A DNA stretch of 64,000 nucleotides from Escherichia phage RB43. Shown here in pieces: positions 46,355 to 57,186 of this stretch (position 1 is the first letter of the stretch; each line of letters begins with the position of its first letter). The DNA lies in the sequence record NC_007023.1, one strand, 5' to 3'. The notes below the pieces were generated by a model. It worked only from the letters and a program-made list of their open reading frames with translations. It made no database searches and was not told the DNA's origin. A program made the position numbers and the translations under genes.

Positions 46355-48269
46355 ATGGCTACCGTAAAGAAACAAATTAATCAGATCCCCGATATTTTTG
46401 TCGGGGCTACTTTTGATGAAATCAAATCGGAGTTTGATTAACTGGCTCCGAGGTCAGGACGAATTCAAAGATTATGATTTCTCTGGCTCGCGTATGAACG
46501 TGCTTGTTGACCTGCTGTCTTACGCGACATTGTATATTCAACAGATGGGTAACAGTGCTCTATTCGAATCATTTATTCGAACTGCGGCGCTTCGTAGTTC
46601 TGTTGTGCAACATGCTCAGGATTTTGGTTATATGCCGGATTCCCGTACTGCTGCAAACACTTCGATTCTGATTACAGCAAATAACCCACTGAACCCAACT
46701 TCAATTCGTATTCCTCGTGGTACGAAATTCATTGGTACAGTAAAAGATACGAACAGCTTCCCGTTTGTTGTGTCTGATGACGTTGTAATCGTTCGTGATA
46801 AAGATAACAACTATGTGTCGATGCTGAATATCGTACAGGGGCGTTTGGTTCGTACCGAAGTAATCTATGATGGTTCTACTATCCTGATCCGAGATCCGAA
46901 CATTGACCGTAGTCAGGTTCGAGTGACGATCAACGGCGCACAGTGGGACGATTGGACAAACGAAAGTATCGTTAACGCAACGGGCGCAAGTACCGTTTTC
47001 TATATGCGTGAAACGGTAGACGGACATACAGAGGTTTATTTCGGTGAAGGTGAGACAAGTCAACAGGTCGCGGGTGGTGCTCTTACCGCTGACTATATCG
47101 GGGGCTTGAAACCTGCAAACGGTTCTGTCGTTGTTATTGAATACATTTCAACCAACGGCGAAGAAGCAAACGGTGCTGAAAACTTTGTTTACGTGGATAC
47201 GTTGACAAACATCAGCATTACAAGTATTGTTGAGAACCCGACCAACTCTGCTGATTATGTCGGTGCTGATGGTGGTGGTGAACCGGAAGACATTGAACGA
47301 ATTCGAGAATTAGCCCCGATCATGCGTGAAACGCAGCGTCGTTGTGTTACTGCATCGGATTACGAATCATTCCTGTCGCATCGTTTCGGCTCTGTGATTC
47401 AGGCGGTTCAGTGCTTTACCGATAGTGAAAAACCTGGATATGCGTTCATCGCGGTTAAACCGAAATCAGGGTTGCGCCTAACCTCAGTACAGAAAGAGGA
47501 TATGCAAAACTATCTGGCTAAGTATAACCTTGCGACAATTACGCCGTCGATTCTCGACCCTAACTATCTGTATATCGTACAAAGCATTAAAGTCACGTAT
47601 GATATCAGTAAGTTAATCGAGTCAGAAGAATGGCTACGTGGTCAGGTTATCAATGAAATTGACAAGTATTACACTGATAACGTTGAAATTTTCAACAGAT
47701 CATTCAGTAAATCGAAGATGTTGACTTATGTCGATAACGCTGATGTGTCAATCATTGGTTCCTCTGCGACGATTAGCCTGTTGCGTGAACTGGATAACTA
47801 TTACAGTGCGCCGATGTCTGGTATTCACTTCTTAAACCAGGTTGCGTCAAGATCTGTTATTTCTAACGGGTTCAAATATACCAACGCAGATGATGATTCA
47901 TATGATGTGCGCTATGCGTCAACTGATATGGATACATCGACCGGACGTGCTAAGATTGTAATTGGCCCGTTTAAAGATGGTGATATTGCGATAACTCCGT
48001 ATGCTGGTAACGATTTTGATAAATACCCAGGGGTGACAGACAGAACGAAATACTATGAGGTTGGCTATATCGAACATTATAGCGATTTCATCAGCTTCGA
48101 TCTGGGTGTGCTTAACGTCCCAGCAGAACGCTTTAGCGCTGCATATATCGAACTGACTGCAAAACCATTGGAAGAAACCATTTTTACTCGTGATGGTTCT
48201 CTGATTGTATTTGAAAATGACCTTCGTCCTCAGTATACCACGCTGACGATGAATCCAATCAGTCAATAA
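46355..48269 (+). CDS. 6: baseplate wedge subunit gp6 (one-base frameshift near 46430)
   Basis: N-terminus ...IPDIFVGATFDEIKS in one frame, continues ...LINWLRGQDEFKDYDFSGSR... in next; matches recalled T4 gp6; C-terminus FTRDGSLIVFENDLRPQY. Confidence 0.85.
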
Positions 48270-48277
48270 TTTTAACC

Positions 48278-48302
48278 CCTGTCTTATGGCAGGGGTTTTT
48301 TG
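48278..48302 (+). terminator. rho-independent terminator after gp6
   Basis: cccctgtcttatggcaggggttttttg. Confidence 0.55.
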
Positions 48303-48347
48303 TTTGCTAAATATGGGATATAAGTAACGCAAATTTGGAGAAACATA

Positions 48348-51300
48348 ATGATTAAAGCGCCATCAATTACCAGTTTGCGCGTTGATAAACTGGCTGCTAA
48401 CTTCGTTTATTTGAAGTGGGATAGCGTCGGCATGGATTTTTACTATGTCGTAGAAATGGCTGAAACTCGCGGCGCGGGTGGTGCAGTGATTCCAGATGCG
48501 GATTTAACATGGTTTCAGTTAGGCTATGCTTATGCGAACGAATGGTTCTCTACTGCTGTGCAGCCTAATAGCTTCTATAAATTCCGTATTAAGGTTACGC
48601 ATCAGGGCTTTGAACCGTCTGATTGGGTTTACAGTGATGAACTCTGGACATTCACTCTCAACGCCTACGCATATTCAACCATGCGAGAATTTACACCGAG
48701 TGACGCATTTATAAACGAAAAATTCGCTAAAAACAATCAGAACTATGTGAACTTTAACAATGATGTGATCATGGCAGCGCTGATGAAAGAAGACTTTGTT
48801 TTCTCTCCGCTGTATACGGACGTATCCCAGATCAGTGATAAAATTCTTACTCAGGAAAACTATCACGAGATACAGGATCATATTGAACACGTTTGTAATG
48901 ACATTAACAGAACGTTTCTGGTTGCGTCAAATGGTTTGTTATACCTGTTCGAACGTTTTCAGAACATGGCTAAGGTATCCAATGACAAGGGCCAAACATG
49001 GCATTACTACAAAGCGTTTAACGACCGCGTAGGAAACCCTGTAGCGCGTTCTATCGCGTACCAAAGCACAAACACAACTTACGTATTGGGTTACGATCGT
49101 ATCTTCTACGGGCGCACCTCAACGGATATTCGCTGGTCTGCTGACGATGTGCGATTCTCTGCTGACGATATCACCTTTACAAAACTGGGGAACCAGACAG
49201 GGTTAGATTTTGATGTTGACTCATACAATACCTTTGCAAAACTTCCTGGTGATGTATCGAAATATGCAGAAGCAATGGCATGTTCCGACGATTGGCTTTA
49301 TGTTGCAGCGAAAAACATAGTTCGTCGTATTGCTCTGAAACAAACACCGATCGACACCGATCCGAGTTCTCCAACTTTTGGGGAAAAGATTTTCGACGAA
49401 ACAAGCTATACCATTGTTCCAGGCAATGATAAAATTGTTGTTAAGAAAATGGATGTGATGGACAGCAAACTTTACGTGCTCGTTACAGGCGAAGTTAAAG
49501 TTGCTCTGCAAGATCCAACAAAACCGGAAAACGTAGTTCCTTCTGTTGATTCTGGTGTGTATCAGTGGCAAGAAGACACTAAAACCTTTGTGCGCCTGTA
49601 TGGGAACACTGAGGAAGAACGTTTCTTCATTGAACATGAATACACCAATATGTCAACAAACGGAAAAGAAATTTATATTTCTGTTGCCAACTACAAATAC
49701 CCAGGAACTTTGCCAGATCCTGAACTGCTGATAACTAATCCTGAATTGGTTGCTGCTGTTAAGTATGATTTGCGTCCTGGCTATACTGCTAGTCTGTCTA
49801 TCAACTTTGCTACTATTCGAGCAAATATTGATGATCCGACCGTGTGGAAATTCGGCGCACAGGAATACTACAACGAGGCAAATTATAGCTGGTTCTTCCG
49901 TGATTCTGTTCGTACATGGATCACGAATGATAACCGTCCGTTGGTTGTGTATCCGAAAATTGTATATGAAATGGTAACTGATACCGCTGGACCTTCTTCT
50001 ACGTTGCGCGTCAACAAAGAGGTGTGGGATCGTGGACATGTTACAATTTACATTAACAACATTAAATTTACCGGATTTACCAAATACACTAACGGTGTGT
50101 TGTTGTATAAAAGTTCTGGTGAAATTATCGGGTTCTTTGAACTGAGTTACCGCGCTCGTGATAGCCTTACGATTTTCTGGAAACCAGATAACACATTACT
50201 GATTGCGGATCTTATTCAGCAGGAAAGGGAACAACCTTATGTACCGGATTTGTCGCCCGGTTTGATTGATCCTGATTTAAGCCATATGATTACTCGCTTT
50301 GCACCACAAAGCTATCTGGATCAGGAATATTTCGAGAAGTTTGGTGAATATTATTTGCAGTTCGTTTCGTTGGGTGAAAACACCTACTATAACAAATTGC
50401 TGAACCTTATCAGGAACAAATATCCACGCGAGAAGAACTGTGTTGAATATTTGTGGTCGGAAGTAAACCGACGCAATATCTATCTGGATAAAACGAAGCG
50501 TGATCAAGTTGTGCGATTCTTTGAATCCCGTGCGAGTGATTTTTACTCCACGAAAGGTATCGAGGCAAGTTATAAATTCCTGTTCAAACTGCTGTACAAC
50601 GAAGACGTATCCGTAGAAATCGAGAGTTCAAACACTCTGGAATATGATATACTGGTTTCTTCGACTAACATCAGTCAGGACATTGTAGGGCGCACGATTT
50701 ATACACCAACAGCAAGAGCAAACGTGACATATATCGAACGTGATTATGAAGACGGGCAATTGCGATGGTCTATGACTCTGCATAACGTGATCGGTAACTT
50801 CCTTGAAGGACAGGTTGTTAAGTCAGAAAAGACTAATTTCACGGGTAGTATTCTGCGTGGTGTTCGTGGTAAGCAAATGGCGAACAACTCGATCGACTAT
50901 TTCAACCGTGGGCGTTCATACTACGTGATGAAAATCCGTTCAAACCTTCCGGCTTCTCGTTATAAAGATGACGTGTTGCGGTTTGTGCATCCGGTAGGTT
51001 TTGGCTTTATCGGGATCACTATGCTGACGGTGTTCATTAACTCCGGTTTGTCGATGACCCATAGTGAAACAATCATTGATATCCTCCGAAACTATCGCTT
51101 TGATAGCGGATATCCTAAGTATTGGCCCGATCGTGTTGCACGTCTTGACGGTAACGGAAACCAGACATTTGACCTTGTAACAGGTGAAGCATTATATGAA
51201 CCACACCCTAAAGCGGGGCAACCGTTCGATGTTCCACCACAATATGACATTGATGAACAACCGTTAAACGGTGTTTTGCCGTCTGCGCGTCGATTCGATC

Positions 51301-51431
51301 AAAGTCCTCTGTTCGATAGTTCAGCGGTTAAATACTCTCAGTTCCGTAACTTAGTGGAAAAACGATTGAAAGACGATGCGGGTAATCCTCGTGATCCGAA
51401 TCCACCGACTCAGAGAAAGGTAGGAAAATAA
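48348..51431 (+). CDS. 7: baseplate wedge initiator gp7
   Basis: 1027 aa; segments SNDKGQTW, ANTTYVLGYD, DVRWSADDVRFS match recalled T4 gp7. Confidence 0.9.
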   Translation: MIKAPSITSLRVDKLAANFVYLKWDSVGMDFYYVVEMAETRGAGGAVIPDADLTWFQLGYAYANEWFSTAVQPNSFYKFRIKVTHQGFEPSDWVYSDELWTFTLNAYAYSTMREFTPSDAFINEKFAKNNQNYVNFNNDVIMAALMKEDFVFSPLYTDVSQISDKILTQENYHEIQDHIEHVCNDINRTFLVASNGLLYLFERFQNMAKVSNDKGQTWHYYKAFNDRVGNPVARSIAYQSTNTTYVLGYDRIFYGRTSTDIRWSADDVRFSADDITFTKLGNQTGLDFDVDSYNTFAKLPGDVSKYAEAMACSDDWLYVAAKNIVRRIALKQTPIDTDPSSPTFGEKIFDETSYTIVPGNDKIVVKKMDVMDSKLYVLVTGEVKVALQDPTKPENVVPSVDSGVYQWQEDTKTFVRLYGNTEEERFFIEHEYTNMSTNGKEIYISVANYKYPGTLPDPELLITNPELVAAVKYDLRPGYTASLSINFATIRANIDDPTVWKFGAQEYYNEANYSWFFRDSVRTWITNDNRPLVVYPKIVYEMVTDTAGPSSTLRVNKEVWDRGHVTIYINNIKFTGFTKYTNGVLLYKSSGEIIGFFELSYRARDSLTIFWKPDNTLLIADLIQQEREQPYVPDLSPGLIDPDLSHMITRFAPQSYLDQEYFEKFGEYYLQFVSLGENTYYNKLLNLIRNKYPREKNCVEYLWSEVNRRNIYLDKTKRDQVVRFFESRASDFYSTKGIEASYKFLFKLLYNEDVSVEIESSNTLEYDILVSSTNISQDIVGRTIYTPTARANVTYIERDYEDGQLRWSMTLHNVIGNFLEGQVVKSEKTNFTGSILRGVRGKQMANNSIDYFNRGRSYYVMKIRSNLPASRYKDDVLRFVHPVGFGFIGITMLTVFINSGLSMTHSETIIDILRNYRFDSGYPKYWPDRVARLDGNGNQTFDLVTGEALYEPHPKAGQPFDVPPQYDIDEQPLNGVLPSARRFDQSPLFDSSAVKYSQFRNLVEKRLKDDAGNPRDPNPPTQRKVGK

Positions 51432-52423
51432 TGGCTCAACAAAACATCTACCGTGCGGTAGTAACAGGAAAATTCCGCACGGAAAACATGATGAACTTTC
51501 GTGATATGATCGGGGATGACCCCGATCACAACTCGATTTATATGTCAATCGGGAGAACTGAACAATGGGCTGATAACGAATCAGATCCTGAATTCGCTCC
51601 CCCGTATCCAAACGATGATACAGATGGTATTGTTGATATGTGGACGCATATGATCGGGGCGACAAAAGTTCCTGGCGAAATGATTGATGCAATCGTTCCG
51701 CGTAAAGATTGGGGCGATACTCGCTATCCAAACCCTAAAATATTCTATGTGAATGATATCGTGGTTGTCAACTCCGCACCTTACAACCGTACTGACTACG
51801 GGAAAGGATGGATGATTTACCGCGTTGTAGACGTTCCTGATATTGGTTCTTGTTCTATTTCCAGTATCACAGGTAAAGTCGAATGTGTGCGCATTGGTGG
51901 TATCTGGACACCGACCCATGAATCTGTTGAACCTCCACGCGGAGAAGCAAACGGAATTGATATGGGCGACGGGTACAAGTGGGAATATCTTTATACGATC
52001 CCGCCTGATGTCGTTATCAACCGATGCACAAACGAACATATCGTTGTTCCGTTCCCTGATGAACTGGAAGAAGATCCGGTACGCTGGGGTTATGACAACG
52101 TGATCAAATGGTATCCAGATATGTATGATCTGGTGTTCCGTATGAAAGTTCATTCAATGCGATTCCGTGCGTATATGGATTCTCTATTTTTCCCGCAAGC
52201 CTCGCTACCTGGCAACCGTGGATTCCGTCAAATCAGCGTGATTGTTAACCCGCTGTTGAAAAAGGCGCAACCAACAGACCCAGAAGTGAAAGCAACCGGA
52301 CAATTCTATACAAAGGATCAATTCGAACTGGATTCTGGACAGATGATCTATATGGAAAACAGACAACCGATTATTCGATCCCCAGATCAGACCGAAGAAG
52401 TCAGTATTATTTTCGAATTCTAA
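51431..52423 (+). CDS. 8: baseplate wedge subunit gp8
   Basis: 330 aa (T4 334); synteny. Confidence 0.8.
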   Translation: MAQQNIYRAVVTGKFRTENMMNFRDMIGDDPDHNSIYMSIGRTEQWADNESDPEFAPPYPNDDTDGIVDMWTHMIGATKVPGEMIDAIVPRKDWGDTRYPNPKIFYVNDIVVVNSAPYNRTDYGKGWMIYRVVDVPDIGSCSISSITGKVECVRIGGIWTPTHESVEPPRGEANGIDMGDGYKWEYLYTIPPDVVINRCTNEHIVVPFPDELEEDPVRWGYDNVIKWYPDMYDLVFRMKVHSMRFRAYMDSLFFPQASLPGNRGFRQISVIVNPLLKKAQPTDPEVKATGQFYTKDQFELDSGQMIYMENRQPIIRSPDQTEEVSIIFEF

Positions 52424-52433
52424 GGAAACCATA

Positions 52434-53297
52434 ATGGCATATCAAACAGGTAAAAAATTAATTGACGTGGGGCAGATCGGCAACCCGTCAACTGGTGACC
52501 CGCTGTATGACGGCGGTGTTAAACTTAACGAAATCATCACCAACGTGTATAATGCGTTCGGTGATGTGCGTTTGCTGACTGCAAATGATGGTGTTGGTAC
52601 AATGCTGCTTCATGCAACTGGATATTTCCAGAAGTTGCCAAGAACGTATTATTCAGCAAACCCGATCGAACTGGGTTCATTGCATGATATGGATACAGCA
52701 ACAGGGCCAATTACGGTTGTTCTTCCGTCTGGTAAGGCTGGCGAAGGGTGCTATTTCATAAATAGTAACGGTAGTATTTCTGTTGATCGTCCTGTTGTAT
52801 TTCGTCCTCAAGTAGGCGATAACATCAAAGGGGTTAAGGATCAGCTTTATATCACTTCTCCTTACACCCAGATTAAATTATGGTGTGTGAAGAAAGAAGG
52901 TTCAGTAACCACATGGGATTATTCAGTCGAATCTATGTTCGGCTCTAAAACAATGCCCGTGGATACTACCAAACTAATTTTGAAAGCATCACCGACCGCA
53001 ATTCCTTTATTCGGTTACAGTGAATTCAGCGGGGCTAAGTTGCTAGTATATGCTGAAAATATGACAGGTACAGTCAACAAAATGGCTGAACTTCTCCTGT
53101 CTGTGGATCGTATCGCAAGGGGCGTATATTCTACGGAATATGCTGTACTGAAAAATAGCGATGATGACATGTATTCACTTACTTTCACTGTCGGTGCTGG
53201 TGACATTGTATATGCAAACGTCCAATCGGTACTCGAAGATCGAATTAAGTTCTCGATTAAAGCGGTTGACACCATTAAATCAGGGATCGCAGCATGA
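52434..53297 (+). CDS. 9: baseplate wedge / long tail fibre connector gp9
   Basis: 287 aa (T4 288); synteny. Confidence 0.8.
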   Translation: MAYQTGKKLIDVGQIGNPSTGDPLYDGGVKLNEIITNVYNAFGDVRLLTANDGVGTMLLHATGYFQKLPRTYYSANPIELGSLHDMDTATGPITVVLPSGKAGEGCYFINSNGSISVDRPVVFRPQVGDNIKGVKDQLYITSPYTQIKLWCVKKEGSVTTWDYSVESMFGSKTMPVDTTKLILKASPTAIPLFGYSEFSGAKLLVYAENMTGTVNKMAELLLSVDRIARGVYSTEYAVLKNSDDDMYSLTFTVGAGDIVYANVQSVLEDRIKFSIKAVDTIKSGIAA

Positions 53298-55111
53298 AAC
53301 AAGAAATTATTATTGGTAACGTGGTTGATGATGGCGCTGGCGATTACTTACGCCGTGGTGGTCAGAAAACAAACGCGAACTTTACCGAACTATACGAAAA
53401 GCTGGGTGATGGGGAGATCCCACACCCAGCGGGTGCATGGAAAACACATTCAGCACCGACTCTGAACCCGATTTTCGGTGATTCATGGGCGCTGAATACC
53501 AGCAACAACCGTATTACTGTAAACCTCCCTAAAGGCGGCGTAGGCGATTATAACAAGGTTATTCGTCTGCGTGACGTATGGAGTAAATGGGCTGTAAACA
53601 ACGTCCGTATTGTTCCTGCAACTGGTGATACCATCAAAGGATCACCAACTTACAAAGAACTGTACAAAGATTTCATGGATGTTGAGTTAGTTTATTGTGC
53701 GCCTGGTCGTTGGGAATATGTCGAAAACAAACAGGTTGACAAAATCACAACTTCCGATCTGGCTACTGTAGCAAAAGAAACATATATTGCTACACAAGGA
53801 CAGACAGATTTCCCGAATGTGTTTGGCCCTGGTAACTCGTACAACGTCCGTGCTCTGGAAGTTTACTATCGTGGTAACTTGCTGTACATCGACGACAAAA
53901 ACGGATTTGTTGAAGCAAACAGCGATTATGGTTCACCTGGTACAAACCCTGGAGAATTGATTGACCTTGATGGTACTAACATACGCCTTAAACGTCCGTG
54001 TAACGCTGGAGACACGCTTCAATTCGTAACCTATATGGATGGTATAGCGACATGGCGATCGACGTATGAGGCGCATACTATGCGCGTATACAACACGGGT
54101 GATACTGAACTGGTAAGCGTACCTGGTGAAATCTGGGTTGGCAACCTTGCAACCAAAAAAGAATTTACCACTGCTGAATTCGGGATCAGTTCTCGTGTAT
54201 TGATTAATCCGAACTCTTTCGAACTGCTGTTGAACGGTCGCCAACTTGTTAAAGCAGGTGACGCGGATCTTCCTACATTCGTGTGTGAAGGGGCAGAAGG
54301 TTATGATGAAGATAGCTGTTTAGCTAACTCCGGTGCGTGGGTTCCTTCTGGACAGGACTACAGTTTGATCTTTGTTGATTCCATTGTAACAGGTATCAAA
54401 TTCAGTCAACCTCTTGAAAGTCGCGATGTTGTTACGATCCGTTGGTTCAATAACGATATCGGAACTGTAATGGAATGGGAAGGTGTTGGCGGTATTAAAG
54501 AGCATACCGATAAAATCTATCTGAACAACGAAGAAGAGTTAACCCTAGTTGGACGGATTGAATATACCGACTATAACAACCCGTCGCAGAAAACGATGCG
54601 TAAAATTACGGAACCTTTCAGCGGTCGATTGCTGGATCTGCAAGCGTTTTTTGATGTGATTCATCCGATCGGGACGATCTACGAAAACGCGCATAACGAC
54701 GCAAACCCAGGCGAATACATGGGCTTCGGTATCTGGAAACGGTACGCAGAAGGTCAATTTATCGCTGGTTGGACAACTGATGCAGCAGATAGCGATTTTG
54801 GTTTAAACAACAACGATTTGGATGGTTCTGGACAGCCTACACACACAGCAGGTGGTTCTGGTGGTGAACGTGGTTATGAAATTCATCCGATCAACGTTCC
54901 ACAAATTGAATCAACCGATAAAGTTCTGATTAAGGACGACAACGGGATCATTATCATTGGTGGCTGTCAGGTTGACCCAGATGCAACAGGGCCAGGATAC
55001 ACTAAATACCGTGAGGATGTATTGAAAGTAAATCAGGGTAACACTACCCCAGATAAACTTAAAACGCTCCCTCCGTATATTACTGCACATCGCTGGATAA
55101 GGGTAGCATAA
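53294..55111 (+). CDS. 10: baseplate wedge subunit and tail pin gp10
   Basis: 605 aa (T4 602); synteny. Confidence 0.8.
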   Translation: MKQEIIIGNVVDDGAGDYLRRGGQKTNANFTELYEKLGDGEIPHPAGAWKTHSAPTLNPIFGDSWALNTSNNRITVNLPKGGVGDYNKVIRLRDVWSKWAVNNVRIVPATGDTIKGSPTYKELYKDFMDVELVYCAPGRWEYVENKQVDKITTSDLATVAKETYIATQGQTDFPNVFGPGNSYNVRALEVYYRGNLLYIDDKNGFVEANSDYGSPGTNPGELIDLDGTNIRLKRPCNAGDTLQFVTYMDGIATWRSTYEAHTMRVYNTGDTELVSVPGEIWVGNLATKKEFTTAEFGISSRVLINPNSFELLLNGRQLVKAGDADLPTFVCEGAEGYDEDSCLANSGAWVPSGQDYSLIFVDSIVTGIKFSQPLESRDVVTIRWFNNDIGTVMEWEGVGGIKEHTDKIYLNNEEELTLVGRIEYTDYNNPSQKTMRKITEPFSGRLLDLQAFFDVIHPIGTIYENAHNDANPGEYMGFGIWKRYAEGQFIAGWTTDAADSDFGLNNNDLDGSGQPTHTAGGSGGERGYEIHPINVPQIESTDKVLIKDDNGIIIIGGCQVDPDATGPGYTKYREDVLKVNQGNTTPDKLKTLPPYITAHRWIRVA

Positions 55112-55773
55112 TGACACAATTTATTTCAAAGACAAGGGAGGGGGCGAAAGTCCCTTCCCGTGAAGCAGACTTTTTGCAATATGAAATGGGTACTAAAGAC
55201 CCTCTTATCGGTGGTAAACGTACTATCGGTGGTGCAAACGTCGATCAGCTTCGTAAAGGGGTAGATTATCCCAACGTGCAATCAGCAATCGATGACCTGT
55301 ATACTCTGTCTCAACAGATCCCGATCAACGGGGTTATCATGATGACAGAAGACAGTCCTCCGACCGCTGTTCAGCAGGTAGAGACTATAACTTTTGATGG
55401 TACTGTACAAAACACAGATCCAGACCAGACAAAAGCAACAATTCATGTTTATGGATTCCCGTTCGTGTTCGATAACACAACGAACGCATCAACCGTATGC
55501 GAAACAGTCTACAACAAGTTTACTGAATTTGTCAATGACGAAAAATATTTCGATCTGGTAACTCGCAAGGGCTTGAACGGTGAAATTCTGGAAGTTCGGT
55601 TTATTGATTGTGTTCCGCATCCGGTAACAAATACTACTGAAAACGGAATATCTATGGTAGGAACAATCGATGTACAGGCACGATCTGGTTACGGTACGTG
55701 GTCGAAACTGGGTGAGGTGGATCTTGCTGTAACTCCGGCAGTTCCAATTTTCTACTTTAAACGTATTGCGTAA
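55111..55773 (+). CDS. 11: baseplate wedge subunit and tail pin gp11
   Basis: 220 aa (T4 219); synteny. Confidence 0.8.
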   Translation: MTQFISKTREGAKVPSREADFLQYEMGTKDPLIGGKRTIGGANVDQLRKGVDYPNVQSAIDDLYTLSQQIPINGVIMMTEDSPPTAVQQVETITFDGTVQNTDPDQTKATIHVYGFPFVFDNTTNASTVCETVYNKFTEFVNDEKYFDLVTRKGLNGEILEVRFIDCVPHPVTNTTENGISMVGTIDVQARSGYGTWSKLGEVDLAVTPAVPIFYFKRIA

Positions 55774-55782
55774 GGATAACCA

Positions 55783-57174
55783 ATGAGTAACAACACAATT
55801 AACCACGTAAGCGATGCGTCCGTTTACGTGACTTTTGATCCGGCAGGTACGCAATGGCCCTCGACTTTCGTCAACGTACAGCAAGCATTAGCCTCTATAG
55901 GCCCGTGGGCGCGTACTGATGTTGGTTTGCCTAACGCGGCTCCTGGTATGCGTGGTATTGCTGCTATTGCTACCGAGGCGATGATTGACGCAGGGACAGA
56001 CAACGAAACGATCGTTACTCCTGCATTGCTGGCATATCGTTTACAAAATCCTCATGCGTCACAAACCGTTTGGGGATATACCAAATACGCAACTGATGCG
56101 GAAGCGGTTGATGTCGCAAACGATCTGGTTTCATTAACTCCGCGTTCGATCAATGTGGTTTTCAATACCAGACACGCATCAGAAACCGTGTGGGGTTCTT
56201 CTAAACTGTCAACGACAGCACAGGCAACAGCGGGTACTGATGATACAACCTCAATGACACCATTGAAGGTAAAACAAGCAATCTCTGCTCTGGTTCCGGT
56301 ACAATCCAACGCAACAGAAAGCGCGTTCGGTTTGGTTCAGTTGGCTACGGTTTCAGAAGTCCGCGCGGGTACTATTCGCGACGGTTTCGCAATTTCACCG
56401 TATACGTTTATTCGTCTGAATGCAACAGAAAGCGATCTGGGTATTGTTCGCCTAGCAAGTCAGGCAGAAGTAAACGCAGGAACTGATGATACCAAAGCCG
56501 TTACCCCGTTAAAACTGGCTAACCTTAAAGGCTCCGGTGGTTCTTTCGGTTTGGTTAAATTATCAACAGAAGTAAACGCAGGGCTGGCTAACACTGCTCT
56601 TTCTGCGGGTGCTAACGTAGTACCGAGCAACCGTGACAGCGCTATCACTGGTGGTGCATTGTATCAGGGTTCAGTTGCTGCTGCTAATAAATACCAGACA
56701 CATAGCGATATCGAAGCATCGTTACCGATTGGCTGTATGATGATGGCTGCATTTAACTCCGATTACGGAAACCTGTGTATTGCCAACGGTCGCGGGATGT
56801 ATACATACGAATACCCTGAACTGTTTGCACTTATAGGTTATACGTATGGCGGTAGTGGTAACATTTTCAACCTTCCCGATATGCGAGGCGTGGTTGCTCG
56901 TGGATTTGATGCGGGACGTGGTTTAGACCCAGGTCGCGGTTTTGGTACATACCAGCATCACGAAGTACAGTCACATGAACACCCTCTGCAAATGATCTAT
57001 CAGTCTGGTGGTAACTTACCATCATGGCAGTGTGTTTATGAACTGCGTACTGCGGAGAAAAACGACCAGCAATTATACTGGCCTGATCCTTCACTCAGTA
57101 AAGCAATGGCTGTTGGCGGCAACGAAACGCGAATGAAGAACCTTGCGATCAACTATGTAATTCGAGTACGATAA
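55783..57174 (+). CDS. 12: short tail fibre gp12
   Basis: 463 aa; repetitive fibre region; His-rich C-terminal receptor-binding region. Confidence 0.8.
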   Translation: MSNNTINHVSDASVYVTFDPAGTQWPSTFVNVQQALASIGPWARTDVGLPNAAPGMRGIAAIATEAMIDAGTDNETIVTPALLAYRLQNPHASQTVWGYTKYATDAEAVDVANDLVSLTPRSINVVFNTRHASETVWGSSKLSTTAQATAGTDDTTSMTPLKVKQAISALVPVQSNATESAFGLVQLATVSEVRAGTIRDGFAISPYTFIRLNATESDLGIVRLASQAEVNAGTDDTKAVTPLKLANLKGSGGSFGLVKLSTEVNAGLANTALSAGANVVPSNRDSAITGGALYQGSVAAANKYQTHSDIEASLPIGCMMMAAFNSDYGNLCIANGRGMYTYEYPELFALIGYTYGGSGNIFNLPDMRGVVARGFDAGRGLDPGRGFGTYQHHEVQSHEHPLQMIYQSGGNLPSWQCVYELRTAEKNDQQLYWPDPSLSKAMAVGGNETRMKNLAINYVIRVR

Positions 57175-57186
57175 AGGGGTTAATCC

